From positions 1,488,001 to 1,552,000 of the forward strand of contig JBHGNT010000001.1 in NCBI GenBank assembly GCA_043228905.1: a DNA stretch of 64,000 nucleotides. Direction: 5' to 3'. The notes below the pieces were generated by a model that saw nothing but the letters and a program-made list of their open reading frames with translations, had not been told where the DNA came from and did no database searches. Of the stretch, positions 60,778 through 64,000 are shown piece by piece; position 1 is the first letter of the stretch, and each line of letters begins with the position of its first letter. The translations under genes and the position numbers were made by a program. This DNA comes from Azolla caroliniana (lineage: Eukaryota; Plantae; Polypodiophyta).

Positions 60778-63700
60778 GTATGACAGCCTCTATGACCTAA
60801 GTATCGTTGAAACTAATAGTGAACTTGTTGTAAATATGTGCTGCTGTGATTCCAAACATTTCATCTGTGATGCTCGCTGTAGTACATCCCTTGGAGCTAA
60901 TTGTTTTCAGGACAATTTAGCATTTGGTTACCCTCAGGTCTTTACGATGACCTTAAAAGGAGCTAAGAAACAAAAGCAGAAAGCAAAGTTTGTTTTTTTT
61001 CTTTTCACAATAGTTAACCATCTGAAGATGCGTTTCCCTTGTCAATAATCTCATCACTCTTGTTATCGATAGATAATGGGCATTATCTCCTGCCATCGCA
61101 GGTGCTTACCTCACTTCACAGGCCTCTCCATTCTGGATTGACTTATACTACAGATATTTCGAAGACAAAAATTACAATATATCTGACTTGCGAATTTTAC
61201 ATGTATAGATGATGAGATTCTTTAGTCACAACTTACGCTATTTCTATTTACTTTTTTTACATTTTTACATTTATTTTGGTTTGTTTTTCTCAGAGACAAG
61301 ACAACATTTTAAGATATAACCTTTTGTGTGGTTTTACAGGCCATTCTAGCCTTTTAAAAGAGATACCTTTTTTTTCTATTATTGATGATTTATGTCTATT
61401 TCTTGTATGGTACAGAGTGCACATATCATGGCTATGGCCGTACAAAAACTATTTCCTGATGCCCAAGTTACTATAGGCCCTTGGATTGAGAAGGGTTTCT
61501 ACTATGATTTTGATATGAAGGAACCACTTACAGACAAAGATCTAAAAAGAATAAAGAAGGAGATGGTAATTCTTGAATATCAGCTTCTGGCCAGTTTTTA
61601 CATGTATTTCAAGGCATTTATTATCTACTAGAATTGATGCAACGGCTTTTGTAGAACCGGATCATTAGCCGCAATATGCCGCTCAGAAGGGAAGAAGTTA
61701 CTAGGGATGAGGCTGAGCGGAGAATAAAGCAGATCAATGAACCGTACAAGCTTGAGATACTACAAAGTATCAAGACAGAGCCAATAACAATCTATCACAT
61801 TGGTTAGTTAAGTTTGAAGTATCTTTCTTTTGTTCGAAATTTATGAGATGGGTATGCTGACTTCAATATTGTAATTTGCTACTCAATGCAAACAAGTTTA
61901 TTGTTTTCCTTTGGGATCAGGATTAGGATACACAATATAAACAAAAACGTTTTCAAATTAGATGTTCTCATAATAGATCTTCTAAGTGAGGTGTATTATG
62001 TTGTTAAGGTGCATGCCAATGGCCTGTTAACTAGGGTCTCTTGTATGAACCCTAGAGAGTCACGATAAATATTATTAGGAACTAATGATAAAATTGCTAT
62101 GTGGCATCCACAAACCCATGATTATTTACGACAATATGAACTTTATAGAGAGTCACGACATATATTATTTCTTTAAAAGAACCTTGAGGGATGTATAGAT
62201 CTATAAAAGGACAAAACATGGTAGTAAAAGGGTATTTCTCCTTGGCTTATGTTATGGGTATTGGATGAGCAAGCAGACATGGGTGAGTGTAGAGCCAGGT
62301 GAGCAAGTGGATATGATGAAACGTGAGGGCAGCCTGGGTGCAATCCTTGGAACAAGGGCATGAAGGCAACACCGAGATGGGAGAGTCCAGAGAGAGGATC
62401 AATGGGAGAACAAGAGAACAAGAAACAATATTAAAGACAGAGTCCATGATTACATCCAATACAATCCCTTTCTAGCCCTTACAATATGTATATTTCTAGC
62501 CCTTTCTAGTCCATGATTACATCCAATACAATCCCTTTCTAGCCCTGACAATATCTATATTTCCCACATCCTTACAGCTCGTCGCTTGTTGATGACTTGT
62601 TGAAGTTCCAGTGAATACTACAATACATAACGACATTGTTAATCAGAGTACTATTGTGTTCAGGTGATGAGTGGTGGGATCTTTGTGCTGGACCTCATGT
62701 AGAATCAACTGGAAAAATCAATCAGAAAGCAGTTGATTTAGAATCTGTCGCTGGTGCTTATTGGAGAGGAGATGAGAAAAACAAGATGCTGCAAAGAATT
62801 TATGGAACTGCATGGGAGACAGAGGAGCAATTAAAGGCTTATCGAGTGCAGAAAGAGGAGGCTAAAAGGCGTGACCATCGTCGCCTTGGACAAGAACTTG
62901 ACCTGTTTTCTATTCAGGTATTTGGTAACATTCTCTCCAACCTTGGAAAATATTGGATGGATATCTAAGGCTGGTAAAACTCCAGGATGATGCGGGTGGG
63001 GGCCTTGTATTTTGGCACCCAAAAGGTGCTATTGTACGACTTCTTATTGAGGATCTTTGGAGAAAAATCCATGTGCAACGGGGATACAATCTACTGTTTA
63101 CACCACATGTTGCTAAGGCAGACTTATGGAAAACGAGTGGACATCTAGATTTCTACAAAGAGAACATGTTTGATCAAATGGAAATAGAAGATGAGCTTTA
63201 TCAGTTAAGGCCTATGAATTGTCCTTATCATATTCAAATCTATAAATCTGCTTTACGGTCATACAGAGATTTGCCATTCAAAGTTGCTGAACTTGGAACA
63301 GTCTATCGATATGAGAAGTCAGGCACTTTACATGGACTTTTTCGTGTTAGAGGTTTTACACAGGTTTGTTGTGCTATCTACTACTTTTATGCATGATGAA
63401 AGCTACTTGAATTACAACATTTTCCTTAGGCTACTTGGAGCTTCTATATGGATTACATGCATTGTGTAATGGAGTAGGAATTCAATGCTATATCACGATT
63501 CACACTACATCCTAATGTATCTATGACAGGATGATGCACACATATTCTGCCTTCCCAGCCAAATCAAAGATGAGATTAGAGGAGTTCTTGATCTGACAGA
63601 AGATATTCTTTCTGAATTTGGCTTCAAAAAATATGAAGTATACTTGTCAACGAAACCTGCAAAGGCAGTTGGTTCTAATGATATATGGGAGAAGGCAACA

Positions 63701-64000
63701 ACAGCCTTGAAAGAGGCCCTCGATGATAAAGGTTGGGACTATGTGTATGATGAAGGTGGTGGTGCATTTTATGGCCCAAAGATTGATCTTAAAATTGAAG
63801 ATGCAATTGGCCGAAAGTGGCAATGCTCTACGATCCAGGTAAGCTTGCATGGTGCATTTCGGACTTAATGCTATCCCCCTTAACAATCTATTCATCTGTG
63901 ATAAAGTGGGCTTTTGGAATACAGGTTGATTTTAACCTTCCAGAGAGGTTCAAGCTACTTTATGTTGATTCAATTACAGAAAGGAAACAGCCTATCATGA
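60230..64000 (+). CDS. thrS: Organellar (chloroplast/mitochondrial) threonyl-tRNA synthetase, 3'-truncated; exons 60230-60294(?), 60397-60664, 61416-61565, 61655-61802, 62664-62917, 62986-63363, 63530-63838, 63925->64000
   Basis: IRHT|[71 protein letters not shown]|[23 protein letters not shown]|VDFNLPERF; transit-peptide-like N-terminus. Confidence 0.95.
60718..60765. repeat. (AT)n microsatellite in a ThrRS intron
   Basis: About 24 AT units followed by (GTAT)n. Confidence 0.95.

Noticed and set aside
62000-62560. Solo-LTR-like segment with short direct repeats in a ThrRS intron
   Set aside because: Local duplications exist (62443-62487 vs 62510-62554) but I found no matching TG...CA pair with a TSD.

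Overview
Land-plant nuclear DNA, probably a fern (inferred from the PPR style and GA/CT microsatellite load). Host genes are all on the + strand: an IDD (INDETERMINATE-DOMAIN) C2H2 transcription factor (1.7-5.2 kb), a decayed PLS-type PPR gene (~42.6-43.7 kb), a SAC3A/LENG8-like gene (45.2-57.1 kb) and an organellar threonyl-tRNA synthetase (60.2 kb to window end). The 32 kb from 9600 to 41627 is one terminal-inverted-repeat DNA transposon with a core of about 10 kb. It has 17-bp TIRs, sits between host AAA and TTT with no target-site duplication, and encodes a decayed Sola-like DDD transposase on the - strand. Facing it is + strand cargo: an unknown domain, a RING-H2 finger and an FCP1/NIF-like phosphatase domain with degenerate catalytic motifs. 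Its ends and introns carry arrays of the palindrome TAGCTAATTAGCTA. Nested inside are two Ty1/copia elements (one intact and very young), four insertions of a tRNA-Trp-primed Ty3/gypsy group and a Mutator-type MITE. Gypsy junctions repeatedly fall at ACGT with 4-bp duplications, suggesting sequence-specific integration.
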